DNA from: Sulfurospirillaceae bacterium
GTDB taxonomy: Bacteria > Campylobacterota > Campylobacteria > Campylobacterales > Sulfurospirillaceae
Assembly (NCBI GenBank): GCA_033723415.1
Contig: JAWVXD010000005.1
Coordinates: 176,486-240,485 of the forward strand
Reading direction: 5' to 3'
Length of the DNA: 64,000 nt
Position 1 is the stretch's first letter. Each line of letters opens with the position of its first letter. Of this stretch, positions 32,568 to 42,497 are shown piece by piece. The notes under the pieces were generated by a model. That model was not told the DNA's origin, did not search any database, and was given only the letters and a program-made list of their open reading frames with translations. Made by a program: the position numbers and the translations under genes.

Positions 32568-33353
32568 TTATGCCCCAACCTTAATATTATTTTTTGTCAT
32601 GTCTATTTTTGCACTTGGATGATATCTCTCACCCACATGACCTCTGTGTTCTAAGCCTATTTTTATATAAGCTGCAAGGGTAGTAAGTCCCAATACAAGA
32701 AAGAATATTGTAATTGCCCATTTAAGTTTTTTCAATTTAACTCTGGTAGCTTTTGCATTTTCGCCTTCGAACCAGCCCCATTTTACAGCTAGTCTATATA
32801 AACCTATACTTCCGTGAAACTCAACCGCTAAAAGAAGTAAAAGGTATATCGGCCACATCCACTCGCTAACCATTCTGTCAGCTGAACCATATGGTCCTAT
32901 AGATTCTGGTTTTGTAAGCATTATAAATATATGTGCTGATGCCAAAAAGAACATAGCAAACCCTGTAAATGCCTGTATGAACCAAAGTGTCGTGTCTTCG
33001 TGCTTCATCATTTTCATATGAGTTCTATATACCTGAAATTGTCTGAAGTTCGCAGGAAGTTTTCTCATCCCAAGTCCTGCATGAACGATGATGATCAACG
33101 TTACTATTGCAACAATTCCAGATACGATAACTGGATTTCCGCCTTGGATAAAGGCCGAACCTTCAAACATTTTAGTTATCGTGTACATAAAATGTTTACT
33201 TACTAAAATGGAAGATACGAAAAACATATGCCCCCACATGAATAGAGCTAAAAAAAGTCCGGTAGCACTTTGCAAATAATCAAGTTTTGCCGGCATCCTG
33301 CTTTTTTTACCGTCTACACTTTTGCCTAAAAAGCCTTCGATAAGGTCACTCAC
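32568..33353 (-). CDS. frdC: fumarate reductase diheme cytochrome b subunit
   Basis: KSRMPAKLD..QSATG, 5 TM with four His ligands (WGHM, VHAG, SAHI, EFHG); GTG start. Confidence 0.95.
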   Translation of the reverse strand: MSDLIEGFLGKSVDGKKSRMPAKLDYLQSATGLFLALFMWGHMFFVSSILVSKHFMYTITKMFEGSAFIQGGNPVIVSGIVAIVTLIIIVHAGLGMRKLPANFRQFQVYRTHMKMMKHEDTTLWFIQAFTGFAMFFLASAHIFIMLTKPESIGPYGSADRMVSEWMWPIYLLLLLAVEFHGSIGLYRLAVKWGWFEGENAKATRVKLKKLKWAITIFFLVLGLTTLAAYIKIGLEHRGHVGERYHPSAKIDMTKNNIKVGA

Positions 33354-33494
33354 ACTTAATCCTTTTTATGATTTTTTTATGATTTTAAATCTTACACCTT
33401 TTATTATTAAATCGAAATTATGTAATTTCTTTACATATCTAATTAATTAAAAAAAAAATTATGTGTAAAAAGAAAGGATATTTTAATGAAAAAG

Positions 33495-34322
33495 TTAACT
33501 GTTTTTTAGTTTCTTTGATCTCTTCAACAAATAGATATATAAGCACAATGAAACAAAGGCCATAAAGACTGACAATACCTGTCCCATGCTCATCCATCCT
33601 TCGAATACAAAACCTAGCTGAAAATCGGGCTGTCTGAAGAATTCAGCCACAAATCTTGCTACCGAATATAGTATACCGTAAAGCGCTATCAACTCTCCGT
33701 CAAATCTCTTTTTCTTTCTGTAAAAATATAGAAAAACAAAGATTACCAAGCCCTCTAAAAAGGCTTCATATAACTGAGATGGATGCCTTAGAGAGCCATT
33801 TACATAAATTCCCCATGGAACATCTGTCTCTCTGCCAACCAATCCTTTATTTAAAAAATTACCTATTCTACCAAAGATATAACCAAGCGGAACACTTATG
33901 GCAACCAGGTCAAGTAAAATCAGACTGTTGATCTTTTGTTTTTTGCCGAACAACCAAGTGGCTAGCAAAAATCCGATTATAGCTCCATGATAGCTCATAC
34001 CGCTTATCCCGACAAAGATCCCATCCATAAATGGGTTGAATATCTGCCAAGGATGTGTCATATAATAATAAGTATGAGGATCATAGAAGATGATATATCC
34101 AAATCTTGCACCTAGTATGACACCTACTTCAACCCACACAAAGTAGTTATCAAGCATCTTGTCATCTATGCCCATTCTGTCTTTTTTAACAAAATATTTA
34201 GCTGCCCCAAGTGCTGTCAAAAGGGCCAGTACATACATGATTCCATACCAATGCACACCGATACTCCCAAGCGAAAAAGCTATTGGATTTATGTGTTCAT
34301 ATATGTGATTCCAGTATGTCAT
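33495..34322 (-). CDS. lgt: prolipoprotein diacylglyceryl transferase
   Basis: [46 protein letters not shown]. Confidence 0.95.
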   Translation of the reverse strand: MTYWNHIYEHINPIAFSLGSIGVHWYGIMYVLALLTALGAAKYFVKKDRMGIDDKMLDNYFVWVEVGVILGARFGYIIFYDPHTYYYMTHPWQIFNPFMDGIFVGISGMSYHGAIIGFLLATWLFGKKQKINSLILLDLVAISVPLGYIFGRIGNFLNKGLVGRETDVPWGIYVNGSLRHPSQLYEAFLEGLVIFVFLYFYRKKKRFDGELIALYGILYSVARFVAEFFRQPDFQLGFVFEGWMSMGQVLSVFMAFVSLCLYIYLLKRSKKLKNS

Positions 34323-34323
34323 G

Positions 34324-35592
34324 TTAGCTTCTCAATGCTTTTGCTATCAATTCTATAGGATTTTGAAAGACTACGTCAACATCACTTTGAAAAAGAGAAT
34401 TGGTTATCTGCATTCTACAAGCGCTGCATTCTGCACTCACTATATCTGCTTTTGTATCTTGTATCATCGCTGCTTTTGGTAAGCCTGCTGCTTTTGCGAG
34501 ATGGTACTTTTCTGTCTGCATAGTCACTCCGCCGAAACCGCAGCATCTGTTCGGATCGCTCATCTCCGTTAAGACATAGTTTTGACTTATCAAGTTTCTT
34601 GGCTGTTGAAACACTCCCTGCATTTTTCTTGCATGGCATGGATCATGATAAGTTATAAGCTCGCTCATCTTCTCTTTTTTATCCGCTAAGATCTTTTTTA
34701 GCTCAGTACACTCTTCCAAATATTCCGTAGCCATAAATATCTTTGGCGTCAATTTTTCAGCTCTATTTTTCCACTCAGGTTTGTCATGAAAGAAATGTGC
34801 ATAATCTACTTTTATCATGGCACTGCAAGTTGCCTCAGGAATTATAACCGCGTCAAGTTCGTCAATAAAAGTTTCCATATACTCTATATTATGACGGGCT
34901 AGATAATCAACCGTATCAAAATCTCCGGTAAAGTATGCCGGAGCGCCGCAACAAAGTTGATTTTTGATCAAATATGCATCTATTTCCAATACTTTCAAAA
35001 TCTCCAAAAGAGCTTTACCGATATCCGTATAGGTATAGTTTGCAAGACAGCCTATAAATATGCCAACTTTCCCTTTGCCGCCATTTTTGATGACATCAGG
35101 ATGAGAATTTAGAAAACTTTTTGACTTTGCACTAGGTAGTAATCTGTCTTTTTTAACAATTGGAAGAGAAAATCTAGGTTCCATTGAGCTTTGTTTTTCA
35201 TGTATCTTAAAGCCGCAAGTTTGAAATACGTAGCCCAGTTTTGCCAGCAAGTCCATGATCTTTCTGTGTCTGAGCAGCCAAAAGAAAAGTTTTTTATACC
35301 ATGCAATTCCGAATTTTTTGCGTATATCGTCTCTGACTTGTTCTATGAGCATATCAACAGGCAGGTCATTTGGACATATATCTACGCAGTTTGTACATAA
35401 AAAGCAGCTCTCAAATATATCTTTGGCGTTTTTGTCTAACTCTAGATCACCTCTTTGATACGCGCCTAAAAGATCTAAGAAACCACGAGGTGAGGTAACC
35501 TCATCTAGATTTACCTCATGGATCGTACAAGTCGGTATACATTTACCGCACTTTATACAGTCATCACTGGTAGTTTTAAATTCAAACATCAT
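34324..35592 (-). CDS. (Fe-S)-binding oxidoreductase, GlcF-like with CCG domains
   Basis: [26 protein letters not shown] twice, YHDPCH. Confidence 0.88.
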   Translation of the reverse strand: MMFEFKTTSDDCIKCGKCIPTCTIHEVNLDEVTSPRGFLDLLGAYQRGDLELDKNAKDIFESCFLCTNCVDICPNDLPVDMLIEQVRDDIRKKFGIAWYKKLFFWLLRHRKIMDLLAKLGYVFQTCGFKIHEKQSSMEPRFSLPIVKKDRLLPSAKSKSFLNSHPDVIKNGGKGKVGIFIGCLANYTYTDIGKALLEILKVLEIDAYLIKNQLCCGAPAYFTGDFDTVDYLARHNIEYMETFIDELDAVIIPEATCSAMIKVDYAHFFHDKPEWKNRAEKLTPKIFMATEYLEECTELKKILADKKEKMSELITYHDPCHARKMQGVFQQPRNLISQNYVLTEMSDPNRCCGFGGVTMQTEKYHLAKAAGLPKAAMIQDTKADIVSAECSACRMQITNSLFQSDVDVVFQNPIELIAKALRS

Positions 35593-36962
35593 ACGGTCTT
35601 TGAAAATCGTCTTTTTGATTCAGGTATTTTTTTCAAATACGCATCAAATGGCATCGCAATATTTCGTATCAAAAGAGTTCCTGTGGTATTGACCGTTATC
35701 TTTTTGGCAACTTTATCTATATCTATAAGACCTTCATTTTCAAATGTACTAAGATCTTGTATCGCATCATCAAAATAATCAAAGAAATCTATGCCAAACT
35801 CTTTTTCAATTTTTTCTATATCAAGCTTAAAATTACTCATCATCTCCATAATGACGGCTTTTCTCAAAACATCATCATCATTTAGCAATAATCCTCTATG
35901 AACAGGAAGCTTACCTGAGTCTATAGCATTTTCATAAAGGCTCATATCTTTAAAGTTCTGTACGTAGTGATTTATCCCCTCACCGATGCTGGTAAGCCCG
36001 ATGCCCACTAGATCCGCTCCGCCTTTTGTTGTATAGCCTTGAAAGTTTCTGTGTAATTCACCTTTTTCTATAGCTAAGAACAACTCATCCTCAGGTTTGG
36101 CAAAATGATCCATCCCTATCATACGAAGTCCGTTTGAGCTAAGATAGTCTATAGTATATTTTAAAATAGCAAGCTTTTCACTAGGTGTTGGCAGTGTTGT
36201 CTCATCTATCTTTCGCATAGTTTTTTTCATCCAAGGAACATGAGCATAATTGAACACGGCAAATCTATCCGTATCAAGTTTTAATGCCATCTCTAAAGTA
36301 CTCTTAAAAGTCTCTAGATTTTGATACGGCAAGCCATAGATCAAATCCATATTTACAGACTTTATACCTGCTGCTCTTGCCATCTTGACTGCATTGTCGG
36401 TGATCTCAAACGGCTGTATCCTGTGTATTGCTTTTTGAACTGTTTCATTAAAATCTTGGACTCCAAAGCTTACACGGTTAAATCCGCCTTTTACCAAAAC
36501 TTTTACTTGATCTTCATTCAAATATCTAGGGTCGATTTCACAGCTTATCTCAGCATCTGCAGAGAAATTTTTAAAGTATTTTCTTATCAAAGATATGACG
36601 CGATCCAATTGCTCAGCACTAAAAAATGTAGGCGTACCTCCGCCAAAATGCATCTGTGTAACTTCTCTACTTGTATCTAAATGTTTTGAGAGTATTTCTA
36701 ACTCTTTTTCAAGATATCCTATATATCTCTCTTTTTTGTCCTCTTTGCTTGTAAACACAACGTTACATCCACAAAAATAACAAGCACTCCTGCAAAAAGG
36801 GAGGTGAAAATAAAGAGATAATTTTCTATTTTTATCTGCTTTTTCTAAAATATCGACATAAGTGTCGGCATTAAAACTCTCATTGAACTCAGGAGCTGTC
36901 GGGTAACTCGTATACCTAGGTCCTGGCTTTGAGTATTTTGTGAACATTTCAAAATCTATCAT
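35589..36962 (-). CDS. hemN: oxygen-independent coproporphyrinogen III oxidase
   Basis: GPRYTSYPTA, CRSACYFCGC, HFGGGTPT, IGMDHFA, LHRNFQGY. Confidence 0.97.
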   Translation of the reverse strand: MIDFEMFTKYSKPGPRYTSYPTAPEFNESFNADTYVDILEKADKNRKLSLYFHLPFCRSACYFCGCNVVFTSKEDKKERYIGYLEKELEILSKHLDTSREVTQMHFGGGTPTFFSAEQLDRVISLIRKYFKNFSADAEISCEIDPRYLNEDQVKVLVKGGFNRVSFGVQDFNETVQKAIHRIQPFEITDNAVKMARAAGIKSVNMDLIYGLPYQNLETFKSTLEMALKLDTDRFAVFNYAHVPWMKKTMRKIDETTLPTPSEKLAILKYTIDYLSSNGLRMIGMDHFAKPEDELFLAIEKGELHRNFQGYTTKGGADLVGIGLTSIGEGINHYVQNFKDMSLYENAIDSGKLPVHRGLLLNDDDVLRKAVIMEMMSNFKLDIEKIEKEFGIDFFDYFDDAIQDLSTFENEGLIDIDKVAKKITVNTTGTLLIRNIAMPFDAYLKKIPESKRRFSKTV

Positions 36963-36986
36963 TTATATTACCTTAATAAAATCACA

Positions 36987-37478
36987 CTATGTGTTAGTGG
37001 GCATATTTTGCCCCATAAATAAATCTTTCAAATTTAAAAACAAATTTGGATGTTCTTTTTTGATTTTTCTTAATAATTTTTCCAAATCTATATTTAAACT
37101 TTTTGCATGGTTGTTTTTGTCTGCAAGTTTTTTTATCTCATCCATAGCAACAGTCCAAACATCTTGAAAGTCTATAGGAACATGTTGCAAAATCGTTTTT
37201 TCCAATTTTAGATCAAAATTATCTTGCTGCAATTTTTTAAAATTTTCTATCAATTTATGGATAGAATCTATGGATATCATAGTATGCAGTTTTTGATTTT
37301 CATCTATAATGAACCACGGTTCTTTGCCGTCCCAGCTTCCGCTTTTTAGACTAAGCGTCTTGATATCCGGATTATCTGTTTTTGCTATCTCTATAACTGT
37401 ATCGTATTTTCTGTTTTTATCGCCTATATATTCTTCTATATCTTCTATTTTATCAAATATATTAATATCTTTTTTCAT
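36987..37478 (-). CDS. conserved epsilonproteobacterial protein (DUF2603-like)
   Basis: EPWFIIDE, LKLEKTILQHVPIDFQDVWTVAMDEI, KEHPNLF; start MKKDIN after AGGAGA; lies between argF and hemN as in C. jejuni. Confidence 0.8.
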   Translation of the reverse strand: MKKDINIFDKIEDIEEYIGDKNRKYDTVIEIAKTDNPDIKTLSLKSGSWDGKEPWFIIDENQKLHTMISIDSIHKLIENFKKLQQDNFDLKLEKTILQHVPIDFQDVWTVAMDEIKKLADKNNHAKSLNIDLEKLLRKIKKEHPNLFLNLKDLFMGQNMPTNT

Positions 37479-37635
37479 TTTACTTCTCCTTTTTGTTGAA
37501 CAAAGTCCAACAAAAATTCCTCTCACTAAAGCTACGACATTGTCGAGAGTATTCATTGAATTTTTACTTTAACTCGAAGCGATCCCAAGTTAAATTACTC
37601 TCGCCAAAGCTTACGCCTTGCGCAGAAATTCTCAT
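37479..37635 (-). repeat. structured ATG-to-SD intercistronic element, copy A
   Basis: Colinear conserved blocks shared with 38580-38701; nested stems CGAGAGTA/TACTCTCG, TTTAACTTG/CGAGTTAAA, TTTTTGTTGGAC-TTT-GTTCAACAAAAA; ends in AGGAGA. Confidence 0.75.
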
Positions 37636-37658
37636 ATTATTTTTCTAGTATAGTATTT

Positions 37659-38579
37659 TTATCTTTCTTTGTCTAGCCAGACCATCAATCCTTTTTGTGC
37701 ATGAAGTCTGTTTTCAGCTTCGTCAAAAACTATATTTGCATATTTTTCAAACACTTCTTCACTGACTTCATATCCTCGATAAGCAGGCAAACAATGTAAA
37801 AATATTGCATCATCTTTTGCTTCAGCCATAAGTTCGCTATCGACAATAAAGCCTTTAAAGTCTTGAATTCTTTTTTCTTTTTCAGCTTCTTGACCCATAG
37901 ATATCCAAGTATCTGTCGTAACGATATCTGCACCTTCAACTGCCAGTTTTGGATCATTATAGTAACTTACAGAGCCTCCGCTTTTCGCACATAACATCTT
38001 TGCATCATTCATTATCTCTTCAAGCGGTTCATATCCTTTTGGTGTAGCAACCCGAAGCTCAAATCCTAGCTTTCCGGCAAGCATCATCCATGAATGAGTC
38101 ATGTTATTTCCATCCCCGACATAAGCCACTATAGGGTTTTTGTCTTTTCCATACTCGATCATCGTCATATAATCAGCCAATAACTGTACCGGATGATATT
38201 TGTCCGTGAGACCGTTTATGATAGGAACTTTGGAGTATTCTGCGAACTCATCCAAGATTTTTTGTGAAAAAGTTCTGATCATGACCATATCAACCATTCG
38301 GCTTATCACACGTGCTGAATCTTTCATAGGTTCGCCACGACCAAGCTGTAAGTCATTTGACGACAAGAATAAACCCTGCCCGCCTAGCTGATGAATCCCT
38401 ACTTCAAAACTTATCCTTGTTCTTGTGCTGCTTTTTTCAAAAAGCATACCTAATGACTGATGCTGTAAGTATGGAATATAATTTTTAACTTTTGCTTCTC
38501 TCTTGATTTTTATGCCCAAGCCGATGATCTCTAAAATCTCTTCCTTTGTGCAATCAAACAGTGATAAAAAATGTCTCAT
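37659..38579 (-). CDS. argF: ornithine carbamoyltransferase
   Basis: [51 protein letters not shown]. Confidence 0.97.
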   Translation of the reverse strand: MRHFLSLFDCTKEEILEIIGLGIKIKREAKVKNYIPYLQHQSLGMLFEKSSTRTRISFEVGIHQLGGQGLFLSSNDLQLGRGEPMKDSARVISRMVDMVMIRTFSQKILDEFAEYSKVPIINGLTDKYHPVQLLADYMTMIEYGKDKNPIVAYVGDGNNMTHSWMMLAGKLGFELRVATPKGYEPLEEIMNDAKMLCAKSGGSVSYYNDPKLAVEGADIVTTDTWISMGQEAEKEKRIQDFKGFIVDSELMAEAKDDAIFLHCLPAYRGYEVSEEVFEKYANIVFDEAENRLHAQKGLMVWLDKER

Positions 38580-38701
38580 ATTAATATCTCCTTTTCACTG
38601 AACAAAGCCCAGTAAAAATTCCTCTCACTCTTGTGAAGCGAAGCGGTTACCTCGTAATCACTCTCTGTGAGAAAGCTACCTCTTTGCGTAGAATAATTCA
38701 T
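38580..38701 (-). repeat. structured ATG-to-SD intercistronic element, copy B (contains a 41-codon ORF, 38576-38701)
   Basis: Same blocks as copy A; hairpin TTTTACTGGGC-TTT-GTTCAGTGAAA then AGGAGA; fills the hemB-argF gap. Confidence 0.75.
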
Positions 38702-38702
38702 C

Positions 38703-39680
38703 TTATGCCCCCTCCCCTAAAATCTCAGCAACTTCTTTTGCATGATAACTTATGATTATATCTGCCCCGGCTCTTTTAAATCCAAGCATCGTTTCCATCA
38801 TAACACGTTCATAATCTATCACTCCTGCACTGCCAGCAGCTTTAAGCATCGCATATTCACCGCTTACATTATAGACGGCAAGAGGTAAACTTGTATATTC
38901 TCTTACATCTCTTATGATATCAAGATAAGCAAGAGCCGGCTTCACCATAAGTATATCTGCTCCCTGAGCTTCATCTTCTATAGATTCTGCTATGGCTTCT
39001 CTTCTGTTTGCCGGGTCCATTTGATAACTTCTACGATCTCCAAAACTCGGTGCAGATTCTGCAACATCACGAAACGGTCCATAATAGGCACTTGCAAACT
39101 TCGTTGAATAACTCATAATAGGCAGATTGATATAACCTTCACTATCAAGTGCATCTCTTAGGGCTTCTATCATCCCGTCCATCATACCGCTCGGTGCGAT
39201 CATATCTACTCCTGCGCGTGCGTGAACCAAAGCCTGCTCGCCCAAGATCTCCAAAGTCGCGTCATTGTCTACGGTTTCGTTTTCCATATCTAGTATTCCG
39301 CAGTGTCCATGATCTGTAAATTCACAAAAACATAGATCGCTCACGACGAACATATCAGGATGCTCTTTTTTTATAGCTTTGATAGTCGAAGCTATGATAC
39401 CGTGTTCACACAAAGCATCACTGCCTATACTGTCTTTTACATCCGGTATTCCAAATAAAATGATAGAGTTGATACCCAGTTTTTTTAGAAGCACACACTC
39501 TTTTAATATCTCATCTATGCTCATCTGATAAACTCCCGGCATTGAGCTTATCTCTTTTTTAATATTCTCTCCACTTTTTACGAACAAAGGATATATAAAA
39601 TCTTTAATCGAAAGATTGTTTTCTCTAACTAAGTCTCTTAAATTTTTATTTATTCGGAGTCTTCTAAATCTTTTAAACAT
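38703..39680 (-). CDS. hemB: porphobilinogen synthase
   Basis: [41 protein letters not shown]. Confidence 0.97.
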   Translation of the reverse strand: MFKRFRRLRINKNLRDLVRENNLSIKDFIYPLFVKSGENIKKEISSMPGVYQMSIDEILKECVLLKKLGINSIILFGIPDVKDSIGSDALCEHGIIASTIKAIKKEHPDMFVVSDLCFCEFTDHGHCGILDMENETVDNDATLEILGEQALVHARAGVDMIAPSGMMDGMIEALRDALDSEGYINLPIMSYSTKFASAYYGPFRDVAESAPSFGDRRSYQMDPANRREAIAESIEDEAQGADILMVKPALAYLDIIRDVREYTSLPLAVYNVSGEYAMLKAAGSAGVIDYERVMMETMLGFKRAGADIIISYHAKEVAEILGEGA

Positions 39681-39816
39681 GGTTTATCCTTATGAGGGCT
39701 AAATAAAATTATTTTATAAAAATAGTAATTTTACCATAATATACTTAATACTTTTTCAATACAAGAAGACAAGCGGACATGATATAAATCTGCATAATTG
39801 CTAGTTTTTGTCAAAA

Positions 39817-41385
39817 TCAATCTTTAAATTCATCCCTTATCTTTAAAAATTCGTCTAAATGTTCAAAAAAGATATCAACTAATTTTGGATCAAAATGTTT
39901 GCCTCTCTCTTGTTTAAATAACTCAAATATAGCATCATCGGCCCAAGCTTTTTTATATACTCTATCACTACCCAGTGCATCAAAAACGTCCGCTATGGCC
40001 GTAATACGCCCAAAAATATGGATATCCTTTCCTCTTTTTTTATCCGGATATCCTGTGCCATCCCATTTTTCGTGATGTTCTTTGGCAACAATAGCTGCCA
40101 TCTTTAGAAGAGTTTTGTTAGAGCCTTTTAACATATCATATCCCAAATTGGCATGAGTGTCCATGATAGCTCTCTCTTCAGCTGTAAATTTTCCTGGTTT
40201 GTTCAAAACAGAGTCAGGAATAGCCACTTTACCTATGTCATGCATCGGTGAGACCTGTTTTATCATCTCAGTTTCAACTTCACTCAAACCATAAAGCTTT
40301 GCAAACAGTTTTGAGTATTCGGCAACTCTTTTGACATGATTACCGGTTTCTTTGCTTCGCTGCTCACCTATAGTTCCCATAGTAAAGATGACTTCTTGCT
40401 GCGTTTCTATGATCTCATTGTCCAGTTTTTTTATCTCTTCTAGTCCTTCTTGGACTCTTGCTTCGATCTCATCAACAGATAGACCGACGTTTTTGTTGAC
40501 ACGAAAAGCCAAAATTATAATAACTAGAATTACAAAACCAAGAAGGAAAAGGGCAAAAAAGTTAGAAGAATTTATAAATGTGGAAGAGATTGCTTCGATC
40601 CTGTTTTGTATCTCTGAATTAACTCTGCTGTTTTGTTTTATGATGTGAAAGATATCGTCTGTTATTTTAGATTCCATCGCTTCAATTTGATTTATGCGAA
40701 TCACCATATTGCTTATCTTTTTAACTATCTTTTCATACTTATCTAATTTAGGAAGATTTGTCGCATCTTTTATTTCATTTATATTTTTTAACCATTCATT
40801 CAAAGAAGTTCTGTCTTTTTTTTGATAAAGCGTCTCTTTGCTATAATATTTAAGATTTCCGAGAGCTCCCATGATATTGTAGTTTCCACTTCTTAAAACT
40901 TCACTTTCTATCTCTTTTCTTATCTTGTCTTCTTGTGGATATTCAAGCTTGAATTTTGCCAAGAGATAAATCTTCTCTTTATGTAATTTATAGGCTTTAT
41001 CAAATGCAGACTCTATTTCTTTTTCATTTTTGAAAAGCATATGTAGTTTTTTGTTGAGTACTTTATCACTGTGAATATCAAAAAATATCTGATCTTGATA
41101 ATAATCTGTATTATCTGAGAACATTTTTTTGGTTTCTTCAAAGTTTTTTTCACGTTGCGTAAATTGCATTTTTACATCATTTAATTTTTGAATCTTTTGA
41201 GAACTGATCAAGTCTTTTGAGAGTGAGTTCATCTGCTCTTGAAGAGAAACAAGCTTTGAGATATTTTTTTGAGACTGGTTGTTGTCTCTTATCTGATATA
41301 GTACGATATAGTTTATAAGACCAACCAGTATGATTAAAACAGAAATAAGTAAAAAACTTAATTTGACAATTTTTTTAATGCCCAT
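39817..41385 (-). CDS. membrane-anchored HD-GYP cyclic-dinucleotide phosphodiesterase
   Basis: TM-periplasmic helical domain-TM, then ETGNHVKRV, MHDIGK, HHEKWDGTGYP, ADVFDAL, HFDP. Confidence 0.88.
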   Translation of the reverse strand: MGIKKIVKLSFLLISVLIILVGLINYIVLYQIRDNNQSQKNISKLVSLQEQMNSLSKDLISSQKIQKLNDVKMQFTQREKNFEETKKMFSDNTDYYQDQIFFDIHSDKVLNKKLHMLFKNEKEIESAFDKAYKLHKEKIYLLAKFKLEYPQEDKIRKEIESEVLRSGNYNIMGALGNLKYYSKETLYQKKDRTSLNEWLKNINEIKDATNLPKLDKYEKIVKKISNMVIRINQIEAMESKITDDIFHIIKQNSRVNSEIQNRIEAISSTFINSSNFFALFLLGFVILVIIILAFRVNKNVGLSVDEIEARVQEGLEEIKKLDNEIIETQQEVIFTMGTIGEQRSKETGNHVKRVAEYSKLFAKLYGLSEVETEMIKQVSPMHDIGKVAIPDSVLNKPGKFTAEERAIMDTHANLGYDMLKGSNKTLLKMAAIVAKEHHEKWDGTGYPDKKRGKDIHIFGRITAIADVFDALGSDRVYKKAWADDAIFELFKQERGKHFDPKLVDIFFEHLDEFLKIRDEFKD

Positions 41386-41555
41386 AGTTTCCTTAACCGT
41401 TTTGCAATATAGTTTTAAACCAAAGTTTCAATCTTGTAAAAATTTAGGTTTAAACATTTTTTTTTATAATGTTAGATAAAATACACATTTATGTAAAAAT
41501 GATAATTTTACCACATTAAACTTAAATAATTTTTCAGCAAAGGTATAAGAAAAAA

Positions 41556-42119
41556 ATGCAAATAGAGATATCCAATGTTGCGAATCTTCCGACAAAGTAT
41601 GGAGATTTTAAAATCCAATCCTTTAAAGAAGGGATAAAAGAACATCTTGTTATATTCAAAGAGCCTTTAAGCGACACCCCTATAGTTAGAATCCATAGCG
41701 AATGCCTCACCGGAGATACAATAGGAAGCTTAAAATGTGACTGTGGGGATCAACTGAAATTTGCACTTGAGACCATCAATGAAAATACAGGTATGGTCAT
41801 ATATCTCAGACAAGAAGGAAGAGACATAGGCCTTCTAAATAAAGTAAATGCCTATGCTTTGCAAGATATAGGTTTAAATACCGTAGAAGCAAATCATCAA
41901 CTAGGTTTTGAAGCAGATCAGAGACATTATGAGATAGTTGAAACGATACTGAACCATTTTAAGATCAAATCCATCAAACTTTTGACTAATAATCCTAAAA
42001 AAATGGCAAGCTTAAAGAGTGTCAAGATCACTGAGCGTATCCCGATCATCATAAAATCAAACAAGTATAATGACAAATATCTAAAAACAAAAAAAGATGA
42101 AATGGGTCACTTGTTTTAG
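41556..42119 (+). CDS. ribA: GTP cyclohydrolase II
   Basis: VRIHSECLTGD..S.KCDCG, QEGRDIGL.NK, LLTNNP. Confidence 0.96.
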   Translation: MQIEISNVANLPTKYGDFKIQSFKEGIKEHLVIFKEPLSDTPIVRIHSECLTGDTIGSLKCDCGDQLKFALETINENTGMVIYLRQEGRDIGLLNKVNAYALQDIGLNTVEANHQLGFEADQRHYEIVETILNHFKIKSIKLLTNNPKKMASLKSVKITERIPIIIKSNKYNDKYLKTKKDEMGHLF

Positions 42120-42128
42120 GAATAGATC

Positions 42129-42497
42129 ATGTTAAAAATCTTTTTATCCATCGTCTGCATCTATGCTGTATTATTTGCATGCGAGGGAGACTGCCTAAAA
42201 TGCCATCAAACCTTAGTAAAAAACGGGAAGATAGATGAAAATCACCAAATATTGACAACCTGCAAAAACTGCCATAACTCAACACCAAAAGATTTTGAAA
42301 AGATGGGTGCAGCCTGCGGTCAAGACTGCTGGGAATGTCATAGTGTGCAAAAGGTCATGGCGATCAAAATAAAACAGCATGAAGTCTTAAACAATTGTAT
42401 TGCTTGCCACAAAAAATTGGCAAAAGATCAAGGCTTTTTGAAACTCGGGAACAATGGTTTTTCCACAGACTCCATTTTTAAAGATCTTGTCAAATGA
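42129..42497 (+). CDS. small exported tetraheme c-type cytochrome
   Basis: Signal peptide and four CxxCH motifs (CLKCH, CKNCH, CWECH, CIACH). Confidence 0.78.
   Translation: MLKIFLSIVCIYAVLFACEGDCLKCHQTLVKNGKIDENHQILTTCKNCHNSTPKDFEKMGAACGQDCWECHSVQKVMAIKIKQHEVLNNCIACHKKLAKDQGFLKLGNNGFSTDSIFKDLVK

Noticed and set aside
38580..38701. Element B as an arginine attenuator or known riboswitch for argF
   Set aside because: Only two Arg codons, no U-tract terminator, no aptamer consensus I recognise, and a sister copy precedes an unrelated gene
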